In this document: positions 51,405 through 62,403 of the stretch, in pieces | Numbering within the stretch: position 1 is the first letter of the stretch | How the letters are laid out: every line of letters starts with the position of its first letter | DNA from: Blastocatellia bacterium | GTDB taxonomy: Bacteria; Acidobacteriota; Blastocatellia; UBA7656 | Reading direction: 5' to 3' | DNA length: 64,000 nucleotides | Assembly (NCBI GenBank): GCA_045807725.1 | Contig: JBJMGV010000126.1 | Location: 28,802 to 92,801, forward strand | Program-made: the position numbers and the translations under genes | Notes under the pieces: generated by a model | What the model saw: the letters and a program-made list of their open reading frames with translations, nothing else | What the model was told of the DNA's origin: nothing | Databases searched by the model: none

Positions 51405-52343
51405 ATGAACGATCTTCTTCACATCAATGAAAGAGTGCGCCGCGCGATAGAGACGAATCGAGCCGTGGTGGCGCTTGAGTCAACCGTGATCGCACACGGC
51501 TTGCCGCGCCCGCTCAATCTCGAAACCGCGCACGCCTGCGAAGCCGCCGTGACGCGTGAAGGCGCAAGTCCGGCGACCATCGGCATCGTCGCCGGGCGAT
51601 TGACGGTCGGGTTGAGTGACGAAGAGGTCGCGCGCTTTGGCGACGGGCAAGCGCCGGACGGCGGCGCGATTGAAAAGGTCGGCTTGAATAACATGGCCGG
51701 CGTCATCGAGCGTCGCGCCTGGGGCGCAACTACCGTAGCCGCGACGATGCGGATTGCCGCGCTTGCCGGCCTGCGAGTCTTTGCCACAGGCGGCATCGGC
51801 GGCATTCATCGCGGCGCGGGCGAAACGTTCGACGTATCCGCAGACCTGACTGCGCTCGGTCGCCTGCCGCTGGTCTGCGTCTGCGCCGGCGCGAAAGCGA
51901 TTCTCGATCTACCCAAGACCGTCGAGTACCTGGAAACGCTCGGTGTGCCGATTGTAGGTTATCGCACAAACGAGTTCCCTGCCTTCTACTCCCCGACGAG
52001 CGGCCTCGGCGTAGACATCAAAGTGGATTCGCCGGAAGAAGCCGCCCGTGTGGCGTTGAATCACTGGCGCACGGGTGGCGCGTCGGCAGTGCTGGTCTGC
52101 GCTCCTGTGCCTGAGCCGCACGCGATGGCTCACGAAGAAGTTGACTGCGCTGTCGAGCAAGCCATCGTCTTAGCCGAACGCAGCGGCATTCGCGGCAAAG
52201 CATTAACGCCTTTCCTGCTGGCCCGCTTGAAAGAGTTGACCGCAGGCCACACGCTCGATGCGAATCGCGCCTTGCTCGTGAATAACGCGGAGATCGCCGC
52301 GCAAATTGCCGTGCATCTGGTCAATCTGTCGCGGCAAGGTTGA
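51405..52343 (+). CDS. psuG: Pseudouridine-5'-phosphate glycosidase
   Basis: ...VVALESTVIAHGLPRP...FATGGIGGIHRG... PsuG signature. Confidence 0.9.
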   Translation: MNDLLHINERVRRAIETNRAVVALESTVIAHGLPRPLNLETAHACEAAVTREGASPATIGIVAGRLTVGLSDEEVARFGDGQAPDGGAIEKVGLNNMAGVIERRAWGATTVAATMRIAALAGLRVFATGGIGGIHRGAGETFDVSADLTALGRLPLVCVCAGAKAILDLPKTVEYLETLGVPIVGYRTNEFPAFYSPTSGLGVDIKVDSPEEAARVALNHWRTGGASAVLVCAPVPEPHAMAHEEVDCAVEQAIVLAERSGIRGKALTPFLLARLKELTAGHTLDANRALLVNNAEIAAQIAVHLVNLSRQG

Positions 52344-52911
52344 GCATCATCTGTTCGCCCGCTAACGTGTGCCGCCCGGTCAATCGCTGCTCGTGTTCAA
52401 GCAGCCACTTCTTGCGCCACAGCCCGCCGCCATAGCCGCAGAGGTCGCCATCGGCGCGAATCACTCGATGACAAGGGATGACGATGGCCAGGCAGTTGCG
52501 GCCATTGGCTCGACCGACGGCGCGCACGGCGCGCGGGTTACCGACTTGCTCGGCGAGTTGCAGGTAAGACCACGTCCGGCCCGGTGCAATCGTCTGTAGC
52601 TTTGCCCACACATCGCGCTCAAAGGCTGTGCCGCCGATGACCAGCGGAATCGTAAACGATAGCGAGCGGCCCGCGAAATAATCCTCCAGTTCGCGGCTGA
52701 TCTGATTGAGGTGAGCGTTATTGCCCGGCACAACCTCGCATTGAACGCGCGACTGTATGCCGGTGATCTCACTCTCCAGTTCGCGGCGGTCTACGAATTC
52801 GAGCAGGTGCAGTCCGTCCTGATCGGCTAAGGCGAGCATCGCACCGAGCGGCGTTTCGATTTGACGTGAGTGTAAGCGGGGCGTCGTCGTAGGCGTTGGC
52901 AGCTTGTCCAT
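52321..52911 (-). CDS. ogt: Methylated-DNA--protein-cysteine methyltransferase
   Basis: ...IPCHRVIRADG... active-site PCHR motif; C-terminus overlaps the psuG end convergently. Confidence 0.8.
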   Translation of the reverse strand: MDKLPTPTTTPRLHSRQIETPLGAMLALADQDGLHLLEFVDRRELESEITGIQSRVQCEVVPGNNAHLNQISRELEDYFAGRSLSFTIPLVIGGTAFERDVWAKLQTIAPGRTWSYLQLAEQVGNPRAVRAVGRANGRNCLAIVIPCHRVIRADGDLCGYGGGLWRKKWLLEHEQRLTGRHTLAGEQMMLNLAATD

Positions 52912-52917
52912 AACCGT

Positions 52918-53284
<367 letters not shown>

Positions 53285-53285
<1 letters not shown>

Positions 53286-53313
53286 TTGACAAGCGGCACG
53301 GCTTCACTATAAT
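53285..53313 (+). promoter_or_regulatory. Near-consensus sigma-70 promoter for the CCP-fusion gene
   Basis: TTGACA, a 16-17 nt spacer, TATAAT; followed by a caggagg RBS and ATG at 53363. Confidence 0.55.
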
Positions 53314-53362
53314 CGCTTCACCCAAACGCATCTCGATCAGACGCATCAGGAGGATTGCATCC

Positions 53363-55750
53363 ATGACCGCATCGGCTAGTCCTGCTCCACTGGCAGAGCC
53401 GCGCACGTCTCGGCGACCGCGCCGTCTCTGGCTCAAGGCGTTGTTGACGCTCATCGTTCTACTCGTCATCGGCTTTATCGCGCTCGGCGCGTGGCCTGCG
53501 CCCAAAGACTTCGCTGGCGAAGAAGGACTCACCGGCGTCAACCCTAATGGCGGCGGCCTGCGTCGTCCGTTCCCGGCAATGGTTCTACGCGACGATAACG
53601 ACACCAACAACGCGAAGTTCAAAGAGCGCGCAGAGCTTGGCCGCTTGCTCTTCTTCGATCCGATTCTTTCAGGTGATAACACGATCTCGTGCGCGACCTG
53701 CCATCATCCCGACCTCGGCTTCGGCGATGCGCGCGGGCTGGCGATGGGCAAAGGCGGTCACGGGCTTGGCGTGGAGCGCGCGGGCGGCGCGGACGTGAAG
53801 CGCGGCGCGCCGACAATCTGGAATTCGACTTACAATCACTTGCAATTCTGGGATGGCCGCGCCCGCGACCTCGAAGAACAGGCTGAAGGGCCGATCAAGA
53901 GCGATGTCGAGATGAACGAAAAGCCCGACACGCTGGTCAGCGAGCTAAAGAACATTCCTGACTACACGCAGAAGTTCGACTCGGCCTTCGGCGGCGCGAG
54001 CGGATCGGGCATCACATTTGAAAACGTCACCAAAGCCGTCGCCGCCTTCGAGCGCACGCTGACAGCTAACAACGCGCCGTTTGATCGTTATGCCGCAGGC
54101 GACCGCTCGGCAATAACGGCGGCGCAAGTGCGCGGCTTCGACCTCTTTCGTTCGGGCCGCACGCGTTGCTTCGAGTGTCACGGCATCCCGACGTTTGCCA
54201 ACCGCGACTTCAAGATCGTCGGCGTGCCTGATCTTGATGCGAGTAATCCAGACTACGGTCGCTTCGACGTGACGAAAGGCGAAGGCAACAAGTACGCCTT
54301 CAAAGTGCCGACGCTGCGCAATGTCGTCTTGAATGCGCCGTATATGCACAACGGCGCATTCAAGACGCTCGAAGAAGTGCTCGACTTCTACGCGGCGGGC
54401 GGCGGGCCGGGCGCTGGCTTCAAAGCCGCGAAGGTGGACGACAAGATTCACACCTACTCGATCACGGCGGAAGAGAAGCAAGACCTGATCGCCTTCCTTT
54501 ACGCGCTGGTGGATGAATCGAACCTGCCGCAGTTCCCTGAGCGCGTGCCATCGGGCCTATCGGTCGTGCCGCGCCTTCATAATCCCGCGCGCGATCTGGT
54601 AGCGAAATACAACACCGGCTCTCCGAAAGAAGAGATGGCCAGCCGCGCGCCGCAAACCATCACCGTCAAGTCGGGCGAATCGATTCAAGCGGCGGTCAAC
54701 CGCGCGCGACCGGGCGACACCATCGAAGTGAGGCCCGGCCTCTACCACGAAGAGATCAAGATTGACCTCGACAACATCACGCTCAGGGGAGTGGTTGACG
54801 CAGGGGCAGCATTCAGTAACGCCACCTTGGGTCGCAATAATCCCCCGTCCGCCTGGAAGCCCGATCAGCCTGTGCTCGATGGCGAAAAGAAGTTATCCGA
54901 TGGGGTGCTCACAACTGGCAGCAACTTTACTATCGAAAATTTCACGGTACGGAACTACATCGCCAATGGCGTGGTCGCGCAACACGCCCGCAACGTGACG
55001 TTCCGCAATTTGGAGATTGATACGACGGGACTCTACGGCGTCTACCCTGTCAGTTGCACCGGCGTCGAGATTGATCGTTGCGTGGCGACAGGCATTGCCG
55101 ACGCGGCGCTCTACGTCGGCCAGTCGCGCGACATACGCGTTCACGACAGCGAAGCCTTCGCCAACGTCACCGGCATCGAGATTGAAAACTCGATCAACGC
55201 CATTGTCGAGAACAACTACGTACATGACAACGCGGGCGGCGTACTGGTCTTCGTGCTGCCGAACAATGTCTCGAAGGTCGGGCGCGATTGCGTCGTCCGC
55301 AACAACCGCATCATCGAAAACAACCACGCCAACTTCGGCAATCCGAACGCGATTGTCTCAAACGTGCCGCCCGGCTCAGGCATACTGGTGATGGCAGCGG
55401 ACAACACCGAAGTCACCGGCAACGAGATTCGCGGCAACCAGAGTTACGGCGTGCTGGTGTGCGGCCTCGAAATCGCTTTCCCGAAAGGCACATCGTTCGA
55501 TGTCGGGGCGACGCCGGAAAATACGTTCATCCACGACAACACCTATACCGAAAACGGCAAAGCGCCTTCGGACAAATACAAGGAAGGCGGCATACCGGGA
55601 GCCGATCTGGTCTGGGATTTGTCGGGCTGGTCGAACCGTTGGAGCGAAAGACAGGCGACGCGCGCTACGCCCATCCTGAATGCGAACTGGCCGACCTTTG
55701 CGCGCCGCGCCGAGTGGCGACTGCTGAAGTTGATGGAGAAATACCTGTGA
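53363..55750 (+). CDS. Membrane-anchored di-heme cytochrome c peroxidase (CCP/MauG family) fused to right-handed parallel beta-helix (NosD/pectin-lyase-like) domain
   Basis: ...LFFDPILSGDNTISCATCHHP... and ...RCFECHG... heme motifs; C-terminal beta-helix repeats from ...GDTIEVRPGLYHEEI... onward. Confidence 0.8.
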   Translation: MTASASPAPLAEPRTSRRPRRLWLKALLTLIVLLVIGFIALGAWPAPKDFAGEEGLTGVNPNGGGLRRPFPAMVLRDDNDTNNAKFKERAELGRLLFFDPILSGDNTISCATCHHPDLGFGDARGLAMGKGGHGLGVERAGGADVKRGAPTIWNSTYNHLQFWDGRARDLEEQAEGPIKSDVEMNEKPDTLVSELKNIPDYTQKFDSAFGGASGSGITFENVTKAVAAFERTLTANNAPFDRYAAGDRSAITAAQVRGFDLFRSGRTRCFECHGIPTFANRDFKIVGVPDLDASNPDYGRFDVTKGEGNKYAFKVPTLRNVVLNAPYMHNGAFKTLEEVLDFYAAGGGPGAGFKAAKVDDKIHTYSITAEEKQDLIAFLYALVDESNLPQFPERVPSGLSVVPRLHNPARDLVAKYNTGSPKEEMASRAPQTITVKSGESIQAAVNRARPGDTIEVRPGLYHEEIKIDLDNITLRGVVDAGAAFSNATLGRNNPPSAWKPDQPVLDGEKKLSDGVLTTGSNFTIENFTVRNYIANGVVAQHARNVTFRNLEIDTTGLYGVYPVSCTGVEIDRCVATGIADAALYVGQSRDIRVHDSEAFANVTGIEIENSINAIVENNYVHDNAGGVLVFVLPNNVSKVGRDCVVRNNRIIENNHANFGNPNAIVSNVPPGSGILVMAADNTEVTGNEIRGNQSYGVLVCGLEIAFPKGTSFDVGATPENTFIHDNTYTENGKAPSDKYKEGGIPGADLVWDLSGWSNRWSERQATRATPILNANWPTFARRAEWRLLKLMEKYL

Positions 55751-55865
55751 CGATTTTGGATTTTAGTTTTTGGATTGACGGAGAGCCGCAGGGATAGCCG
55801 AGGGCGATTTCCCTTAATCCAAAATCGCCGGCGCGAAGCGCTAAGCTATGAAAATCTAAAATCTG
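55751..55865. repeat. Palindromic element with (GATTTTGGATT) arms
   Basis: cgattttggattttagtttttggatt ... aatccaaaatcgcc ... aaaatctaaaatc. Confidence 0.6.
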
Positions 55866-55873
55866 GAGAATTC

Positions 55874-56755
55874 ATGTCGAAAGCTACTGCCGCCGTCGAA
55901 GCTGTCGAAGCAACCGAACAACCATCCAACGCGGTGCTCGCCGCGCCGCTTGCAGGCGCGTGTTTGGCCGAGTTCATCGGCACGTTCGTCGTCATTCTCG
56001 TTGGCGATGGCGCGGTCGCGGCGGCGGTCTTTGCCGGTGCGATTGATGGCTGGGGCGTCGCCGTGTTGTGGGGCCTAGCGGTGACGTTCGGCATCTATGT
56101 CGCCGGGCCGGTGTCGGGCGCACACTTCAACCCGGCAGTGACCATCACGATGGCGCTGTTTCGCGGCTTCCCGGCCAAACGTATTTTGCCTTACATTTTC
56201 AGCCAGATCGTCGGAGCGTTCACCGCAGCGGCCTGCGTCTACTGGCTGTGGCACGGCTTCTGGCAAGCGACGGCGGAAAAGCTCGGCGTCACGATAGGCG
56301 AGCCGGGCAGCCAAAAACTGATGGCCGTCTTTTCGTGCTTCTATCCCAATCCCGGCGGCATCGGTGTTGACGCGGCGGCGATGGCGAAGGTCAGCGCGCC
56401 GGGCGCGTTCTTTGTCGAAGTCGTGCTGACGGCCTTTCTCTTGCTGATGATCTTCGCGTTGACGGAGCCGGACAATCCCGGTTTGCCGCAGGCGGGGCTG
56501 GGGCCGATCTTCATCGGGTTGACGGTGACGGCCATCGTCGGCATCGGCGGCGCGTTGACAATGGATGCGGTGAACCCTGTGCGTGATTTCGGGCCGCGTC
56601 TGTTTGCGTATGTCGCGGGCTTCGGCCAGATCGCCTTCCCCGGCCCGCGCGGCAATGAATGGTGGCTCTACATCGTCGCGCCGATCATCGGCGGTCCGCT
56701 CGGCGCTGCCGGCTACAAGTACCTCGTGCGCCGCTTCCTGCCGGCGACGAATTAG
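55874..56755 (+). CDS. MIP-family channel (aquaporin/aquaglyceroporin)
   Basis: Six TM helices; HFNPAVT first NPA box; ...AVNPVRDFGPRL second box (NPV variant). Confidence 0.85.
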   Translation: MSKATAAVEAVEATEQPSNAVLAAPLAGACLAEFIGTFVVILVGDGAVAAAVFAGAIDGWGVAVLWGLAVTFGIYVAGPVSGAHFNPAVTITMALFRGFPAKRILPYIFSQIVGAFTAAACVYWLWHGFWQATAEKLGVTIGEPGSQKLMAVFSCFYPNPGGIGVDAAAMAKVSAPGAFFVEVVLTAFLLLMIFALTEPDNPGLPQAGLGPIFIGLTVTAIVGIGGALTMDAVNPVRDFGPRLFAYVAGFGQIAFPGPRGNEWWLYIVAPIIGGPLGAAGYKYLVRRFLPATN

Positions 56756-56973
56756 CCGCGCTATAGTCCCGACATTTAGTAGGCAGACTCCAACACCCGT
56801 GGGCAGGACTCTGCCTGATGGGCGCGGTCTATTTCATCTTCCGTTCGCAGTGACGGAGGCGGTCGGCTTGCGCGGCGCGGGAACGGCTGCGGGGTGGCCG
56901 GGGTTCGATTCAGCCCGAAGCGTTTGTGATGAATGATACGTTAACGCAATGCTGGCGACGAGACATGCGGCAG

Positions 56974-57384
56974 TTAGTTTTTGAAGAGCTTATCGAAAGC
57001 CGAGCGCGGATCTTTCATCGCCGAGGTCGCTGTCGTCGTTTCGCGCTCGATGGTCTTGCGCGGCTCGAACACAGCACAAACATTGCGCTCGTCTTTTTTG
57101 ACGACGCGTTCGGTGATCGGCTTGCGACACTGAAAGCGCGCGCCGGGATCAAAGCTCACGCAGTTCTTACAGGTGCGCAGATCGGTGTTGCATTTCGGGC
57201 ATTGCTGATCGAGGGCGATGCCGCCGACCTCGATGTTGATCATCTGGCCGCAGAGGTTGCAGCGCGTCACTTCGCGGAAGGCCGGCATCTTTGGCGCGCG
57301 TATGTCACTTTTTTGCGGAGCCGGGCGCGACCTCTGCTCCTGGCCATCATCTTGATAGCCACGCTGTTTATACTTTCTGTCCAT
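56974..57384 (-). CDS. Hypothetical basic protein with double Zn-ribbon (CxxC x4)
   Basis: ...CNLCGQ...CPKCNTDLRTCKNC...; ATG at 57384 with an AGGAGA RBS. Confidence 0.5.
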   Translation of the reverse strand: MDRKYKQRGYQDDGQEQRSRPAPQKSDIRAPKMPAFREVTRCNLCGQMINIEVGGIALDQQCPKCNTDLRTCKNCVSFDPGARFQCRKPITERVVKKDERNVCAVFEPRKTIERETTTATSAMKDPRSAFDKLFKN

Positions 57385-57802
57385 AGAAATCTCCTGTTTG
57401 ATTACAACAGACCTTGATTTTCCTGAGTCTGTGATGAGTCGGTCAGTTGGTAAAGCAAGTCGTCTGCCGCAGTCCGAGAGGCTCTCGGCTATTGTCACTG
57501 AGTGAACCTGATTTGTTCGGGAGTTCCAAGATCGAATCAATGTGACATTATCGTTATACATCATCGGCACGCGGTAAGCAACGGAAATCGGCTAAAGCGA
57601 TGCCCTCAATCGTGATTTCGCTTTACTCTAATGCAGCGCGGCGCGTCGGTAAAATAGGCTGCACAGCGGAAGCCATACGGTCGCTTGTCATACCTGTTGG
57701 CGTAGGCGTCCACATTATCGCCTCATCGGATTGATTAAACGTCACGTCTTGACTAAGGTTCAGTTAGGTTGCGCCGGCGCGGCGGCTTGTTGAACTTGCC
57801 GC

Positions 57803-57831
57803 TTGACATCGCCGGCGAGGTTACGCATAAT
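57803..57831 (+). promoter_or_regulatory. Sigma-70-like promoter (TTGACA-17-CATAAT) for the phe leader
   Basis: cttgacatcgccggcgaggttacgcataatg. Confidence 0.5.
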
Positions 57832-57865
57832 GCCGGCCTGGCTGTCACCGCAGCTTCATCACGCA

Positions 57866-57994
57866 ATGAGTTCACGCAACACACAAATGGTAATCAACTG
57901 GCGCAGCCGCACGGCGGGCGCTGACTTCGCGTTTCGCTTTAGCTTTTATTTTAGCTTTAGCGCCGCACACCGAGCGGGGAGCGCGATGACCTGA
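57866..57994 (+). CDS. Phe-rich leader peptide (pheL-like), ~35-42 aa depending on start
   Basis: ...MVINWRSRTAGADFAFRFSFYFSFSAAHRAGSAMT: six Phe codons in the 12-codon window FAFRFSFYFSFS. Confidence 0.5.
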   Translation: MSSRNTQMVINWRSRTAGADFAFRFSFYFSFSAAHRAGSAMT

Positions 57995-58022
57995 AGCCGC
58001 AGAGCACATCGCTAAGGTTCAC

Positions 58023-58056
58023 GAAGCCCGCTCCCTCGTCGGAAGGAGCGGGCTTC
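58023..58056 (+). terminator. Attenuator terminator hairpin between the leader peptide and pheA
   Basis: gaagcccgctcc-ctcgtcgga-aggagcgggcttc followed by gtgtttc; the leader segment gagcgggga can pair alternatively with cccgctc. Confidence 0.5.
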
Positions 58057-58099
58057 AAGTGTTTCAGGGACGAGTTCAATCGCAAAAGAGAGTTGACCG

Positions 58100-58978
58100 A
58101 TGAATACGGCAAGCCACCCAATCCGAGCCGCCTTTCAGGGCGAGCGCGGCGCGTTCAGCGAAGACGCGGCGCGGCAACTGCTCGGCAACGCAGTCGAGAC
58201 GGTTGCCTATCGCAGCTTCGACGATATGTTCGACGCCGTGTCGAGCGGTGCTGCCGATGCGGCGGTTGCGCCGATTGAAAACAGCCTCGCCGGCTCGGTC
58301 ATTAAAAACTACGACCTGCTCGAAGAGCGCGACTTGACGATCATCGGCGAAACCAGCGTGCGCATCATTCACAACCTCATCGCGCCGCGCGGCGTCGGCC
58401 TTGATGACGTGCGCCACGTCTATTCGCACCCGGTCGCGCTGGCGCAGTGCGAGAAGTTCTTGCGCGCGCGCCCGCAATTTGCCGTCGAAGTCGCTTACGA
58501 CACCGCCGGCAGCGTCAAGATGGTCGTTGACAATAACCGCCGAGACGAAGCGGCGATTGCCGGCGCGACCGCCGCCGAAGTTTATGGCGCGCAAATCATC
58601 GCCGCCGGCATCGAAGACAACGCCGAAAACTACACCCGCTTTCTGCTGCTCGCGCGGCCAGAACGCGCGGCAGCGATTCCTTTGCTCTACCGCGACGGCG
58701 AGCGCAAAACGACGGTCGTCTTTCGCGTCGCCAACCGGCCCGGTTCGTTGTTTCGCGCGCTGGCGGTCTTCGCCCTGCGCGACATTGATCTAACCAAGAT
58801 TGAATCGCGGCCCATCGCAGGCCGCCCGTGGGAGTATTCATTCTATCTCGACCTGATCGGCGACCAGCACGAGCCGCGCATCGAGCGCGCGCTCGCGCAC
58901 CTCGGCGAGATGATCGAGAGCATACGCGTGCTCGGCAGCTATCCAAGACACAGTCACGAGGGAGGGATTGAACAATGA
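58100..58978 (+). CDS. pheA: Prephenate dehydratase (with C-terminal ACT domain)
   Basis: ...[12 protein letters not shown]...TRF...ESRP... PDT signature. Confidence 0.9.
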   Translation: MNTASHPIRAAFQGERGAFSEDAARQLLGNAVETVAYRSFDDMFDAVSSGAADAAVAPIENSLAGSVIKNYDLLEERDLTIIGETSVRIIHNLIAPRGVGLDDVRHVYSHPVALAQCEKFLRARPQFAVEVAYDTAGSVKMVVDNNRRDEAAIAGATAAEVYGAQIIAAGIEDNAENYTRFLLLARPERAAAIPLLYRDGERKTTVVFRVANRPGSLFRALAVFALRDIDLTKIESRPIAGRPWEYSFYLDLIGDQHEPRIERALAHLGEMIESIRVLGSYPRHSHEGGIEQ

Positions 58979-59994
58979 TTATCGCAATGCGCTCGGACGC
59001 GACCGAAGAGCAGATCGAATTCGTCTGCGAGAGCATACGTAACTATGGCTACAAACCGCACGTGATTCGCGGCGAAGAGCGCGTCGTCATCGGCGCGATT
59101 GGTCAAGGCGATAAGAAAGACCACCTGCAAGCGCTGCGCTCCGTCGATGGCGTCGAAAACGTCGTGCCCATCCTGCAACCGTATAAGGTCGTGGGCCGCG
59201 AACTGAAACAGGCGAAGACCATCGTGCGCGTCGGCGACCTGGAGATCGGCGGCTCAGGCTTGGTCGTGATGGCCGGGCCGTGTTCGGTCGAGACGCGCGA
59301 GCAGTTGATGGAAACGGCTGAAGGCGTCAAGGCCGCCGGCGCGCAGGTCTTGCGCGGCGGCGCGTACAAGCCGCGCACCTCGCCTTATGATTTTCAGGGG
59401 CTTGAAGTCGAGGGCCTCAAGCTGCTGGCCGAAGCCCGCGAGCACACCGGCCTGAAGATCATCACCGAAGTCGTCACCACTGAAGACACGGAACTGGTCG
59501 CCGAGTACGCCGACATCCTGCAAGTCGGCGCGCGCAACATGCAGAACTTCGCGCTGCTCAAGCGGCTCGGTCGCGTCAATAAGCCTGTGCTGCTGAAACG
59601 TGGTATGAGTTCGACGATTAAAGAACTGCTGCTGTCTGCCGAATACATCGCCACGCACGGCAACGATCAGGTGATGCTGTGCGAGCGCGGCATACGCACC
59701 TTCGAGACGGCGACGCGCAACACGCTCGATCTCGCCGCCGTGCCGTTGCTCAATGAGCTGAGCCACCTGCCCGTCGTCGTTGATCCGTCGCACGCCACCG
59801 GCAAGCGCAGCCTGGTGCGCCCGGCGGCGAAGGCAGCGATAGCGATTGGCGCGGACGGCCTCATCATCGAAGTCCACCCGCGCCCGCACGAAGCCTGGTC
59901 GGACGGGCCGCAGTCGGTGACGCCGCAGATGTTCGCCGAGATTATGGAGGACGTGCGCCGCTACGCCGCGATGGAATCGCGCCACGTCAATTGA
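58975..59994 (+). CDS. 3-deoxy-7-phosphoheptulonate (DAHP) synthase, type I-beta with N-terminal regulatory domain
   Basis: KDO8PS/AroA-Ibeta fold (...[11 protein letters not shown]...GARNMQN...VVDPSH...); start overlaps the pheA stop (ATGA). Confidence 0.9.
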   Translation: MIIAMRSDATEEQIEFVCESIRNYGYKPHVIRGEERVVIGAIGQGDKKDHLQALRSVDGVENVVPILQPYKVVGRELKQAKTIVRVGDLEIGGSGLVVMAGPCSVETREQLMETAEGVKAAGAQVLRGGAYKPRTSPYDFQGLEVEGLKLLAEAREHTGLKIITEVVTTEDTELVAEYADILQVGARNMQNFALLKRLGRVNKPVLLKRGMSSTIKELLLSAEYIATHGNDQVMLCERGIRTFETATRNTLDLAAVPLLNELSHLPVVVDPSHATGKRSLVRPAAKAAIAIGADGLIIEVHPRPHEAWSDGPQSVTPQMFAEIMEDVRRYAAMESRHVN

Positions 59995-60130
59995 CTCGCG
60001 GAGGCGGGACAACGTGCGACGAAGATTGCGGCGGATGGAACCGGCCCCGCAAGCCGTCCGTACTTGACGGCGAATCCTCCTCTGCTTAAAGCAAGAGAGA
60101 TTCAAATCCAACCCGAACGCGGAGGAGTTT

Positions 60131-60772
60131 ATGCGAACCTTTACCCTTGCCTTGCTAATACTGTTGCTTGCCGGGTCTATCACTAGCGTCGGAGCGCAGC
60201 AGGCCGCGCCCACGGCGGATGATCCGCGTATGACCGCCGACGAACGCGCCAAGGTGGTTAAGTGGATGAACGATACTCAAAAAGAGTATCTCGACCGACT
60301 CGAACACGTCAGCGAGGCGCAATGGAACTGGCGACCCGCGCCATTCCGCTGGACGGTCGGCGAAGTCGCCGAACACATCATGCTCACGGAAGCCCGCCTC
60401 TTCGCCTCTGTCGAAAAGGCGCTCGCCGCGCCGACGAATCCCGACTGGCAGGCTAAGACTAAAGGCAAAGATGTCTTTATCGAGCGGGCGCTGCCGAATC
60501 GGGGCGTACGCGTGCAAGCGCCCATCGAAATTCGCCCGACCGGCAAGCTATCGCGTGAAGAGGTCATCCGCCGCTACAAAGAACTGCGCGCCCGCGCCCT
60601 CGCCTTCGCCGAGAAGACCGACGCGCCGCTGAAGGCGCACACGGTCGAGCATCCGTTCCGTGTCTTCAACACGCTGAACGCCTATGATTGGCTGCTCTAC
60701 ATTCCGCTGCACAATGAGCGGCACAATAAACAGATGGCCGAAGTGATGGCCGCGCCCGGCTATCCGAAATAG
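60131..60772 (+). CDS. DinB/YfiT-like (DinB_2) family protein, secreted
   Basis: Signal peptide; ...WTVGEVAEHI... and ...YIPLHNERHNKQ... four-helix metal-binding family motifs. Confidence 0.75.
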   Translation: MRTFTLALLILLLAGSITSVGAQQAAPTADDPRMTADERAKVVKWMNDTQKEYLDRLEHVSEAQWNWRPAPFRWTVGEVAEHIMLTEARLFASVEKALAAPTNPDWQAKTKGKDVFIERALPNRGVRVQAPIEIRPTGKLSREEVIRRYKELRARALAFAEKTDAPLKAHTVEHPFRVFNTLNAYDWLLYIPLHNERHNKQMAEVMAAPGYPK

Positions 60773-60969
60773 TCGCGGGCCCAGCTTTCTTATCCTTCGC
60801 GGTAAGTTGCGCCACTCGAATAATTTTGAACCCCGGCTCAGGTTTTACCGTAAAATTCTGCACGGATGCTCAGAATTTTCTTGACACCGGCGACGCGCGA
60901 AATTAGCATTGTAGCGCTCGGAATCTCGGCTCAATAGTGGTCGCAGCGCCCTCCGAAGGAGACAACGTG

Positions 60970-62403
60970 ATGAACTTAAGAAGGCTGACCCTCCCCTTTC
61001 TGCTCACGGCATTGGCATCGCTCGGCATTGCCTTCGTGACTTCAACCAGCGCCAGTTCGGGCAAAGAAGTCACCTTCAATAAAGACGTCGCGCCGATCTT
61101 CTATAAGAACTGCGCGGAATGTCACAAGCCCAACGACATCGCGCCAATGTCGCTGATCTCTTACAAAGAAGTCCGCCCGTGGGCGCGCTCGATCAAAGAG
61201 AAAGTCATCACCCGCGAGATGCCGCCATGGAGTCCCGATCCGAAATACGGCCAGTTCAGCAACGACCACCGCCTGAGCGATAAAGACGTTCAGACCATCG
61301 TTGCCTGGGTGGACGGCGGCGCGAAAGAAGGCGACGCGAAAGACCTGCCGCCCGCGCCCGAATTCACCAGCGGCGGCTGGGAACTCGGAAAGCCCGATCA
61401 GATATTCTCGATGAAAGAAGAGTTCATCGTGCAGCCGGGCCAGCCCGACACGATTCAGAACTTCATCATCCCGACCAACTTCAAAGAAGATAAGTGGATT
61501 CAGTCGGCTGAGATTCTGCCGGGCAACAAGAGGATCGTTCATCACGTCATCGCCTTCATCCAGACGCCTGAGATGATTGCGAAGCTGCGCTCTGCCGAGG
61601 GCCAGCGCCGCATCGGCGAGATGACGAAAGTCTTCTACCGCGACGGCACGCTGATTAAAGCTAAGGCCGACGCGCCGATCATTGATAATGGATGCAGCGA
61701 TGCGAGCGGCGGCTCGGCTTTCCCGCGCCCGAAGGCAGCCGAAGGCGGCGATGCCTTTGGCCTCTTGCTCGCGGGTTACGCGCCGGGCAAAGGGCTTGAT
61801 GTGTGGCCGGCGGGCACGGCTAAGAAAGTCGCCGCCGGTTCGATGATTGTCTTCCAGATTCACTACTCGGCGTTTCGCGGCAAGTTCGTGCAGGCGGAAA
61901 AAGACATGACCAGCATCGGCCTGCACTTTACATCGCAGCCGCCGCAGCACTCGCTCAACACCATCGGCATACAGAATCACTACTTCAAGATTCCCGCCGG
62001 TGTGACCGACCACGAAGTGACGGCCTGCTACACCTTCGACAGCGACGTGAAGCTGATGAGCTATATGCCGCACATGCACCTGCGCGGCAAGGATATGAAG
62101 TACGATGTGATCTATCCCGATGGCCGCAAAGAGACGCTGCTGTGGGTTCCGAAGTTCAGCTTCAACTGGCAGACGATGTATTACCTGAAGAAGCCTGTGT
62201 CGATACCCAAAGGCACCAAGATGATCATCACCGCGCACTACGACAACTCGGCGAAGAACAAGTACAACCCCGACGCGACGAAGGACATTCGCTGGGGTGA
62301 TCCGACATATGAAGAGATGATGATCGGCTGGATGGATTATTACGTAGACGCGCCGGCGACGCCCGACAAGGCCGCCGCGTCGGCGCGCACGGCGCGCAAG
62401 TAG
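60970..62403 (+). CDS. Secreted mono-heme cytochrome c (PSCyt-like) fused to a copper type II monooxygenase-like (PHM/DBH-like) domain, paralog 1
   Basis: VAPIFYKNCAECHKPNDIAPMSL heme site; HH(191-192), H in QIHYS, MPHMHLRGKDM, EEMMIGWMD spaced like the CuH/CuM ligands. Confidence 0.65.
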   Translation: MNLRRLTLPFLLTALASLGIAFVTSTSASSGKEVTFNKDVAPIFYKNCAECHKPNDIAPMSLISYKEVRPWARSIKEKVITREMPPWSPDPKYGQFSNDHRLSDKDVQTIVAWVDGGAKEGDAKDLPPAPEFTSGGWELGKPDQIFSMKEEFIVQPGQPDTIQNFIIPTNFKEDKWIQSAEILPGNKRIVHHVIAFIQTPEMIAKLRSAEGQRRIGEMTKVFYRDGTLIKAKADAPIIDNGCSDASGGSAFPRPKAAEGGDAFGLLLAGYAPGKGLDVWPAGTAKKVAAGSMIVFQIHYSAFRGKFVQAEKDMTSIGLHFTSQPPQHSLNTIGIQNHYFKIPAGVTDHEVTACYTFDSDVKLMSYMPHMHLRGKDMKYDVIYPDGRKETLLWVPKFSFNWQTMYYLKKPVSIPKGTKMIITAHYDNSAKNKYNPDATKDIRWGDPTYEEMMIGWMDYYVDAPATPDKAAASARTARK

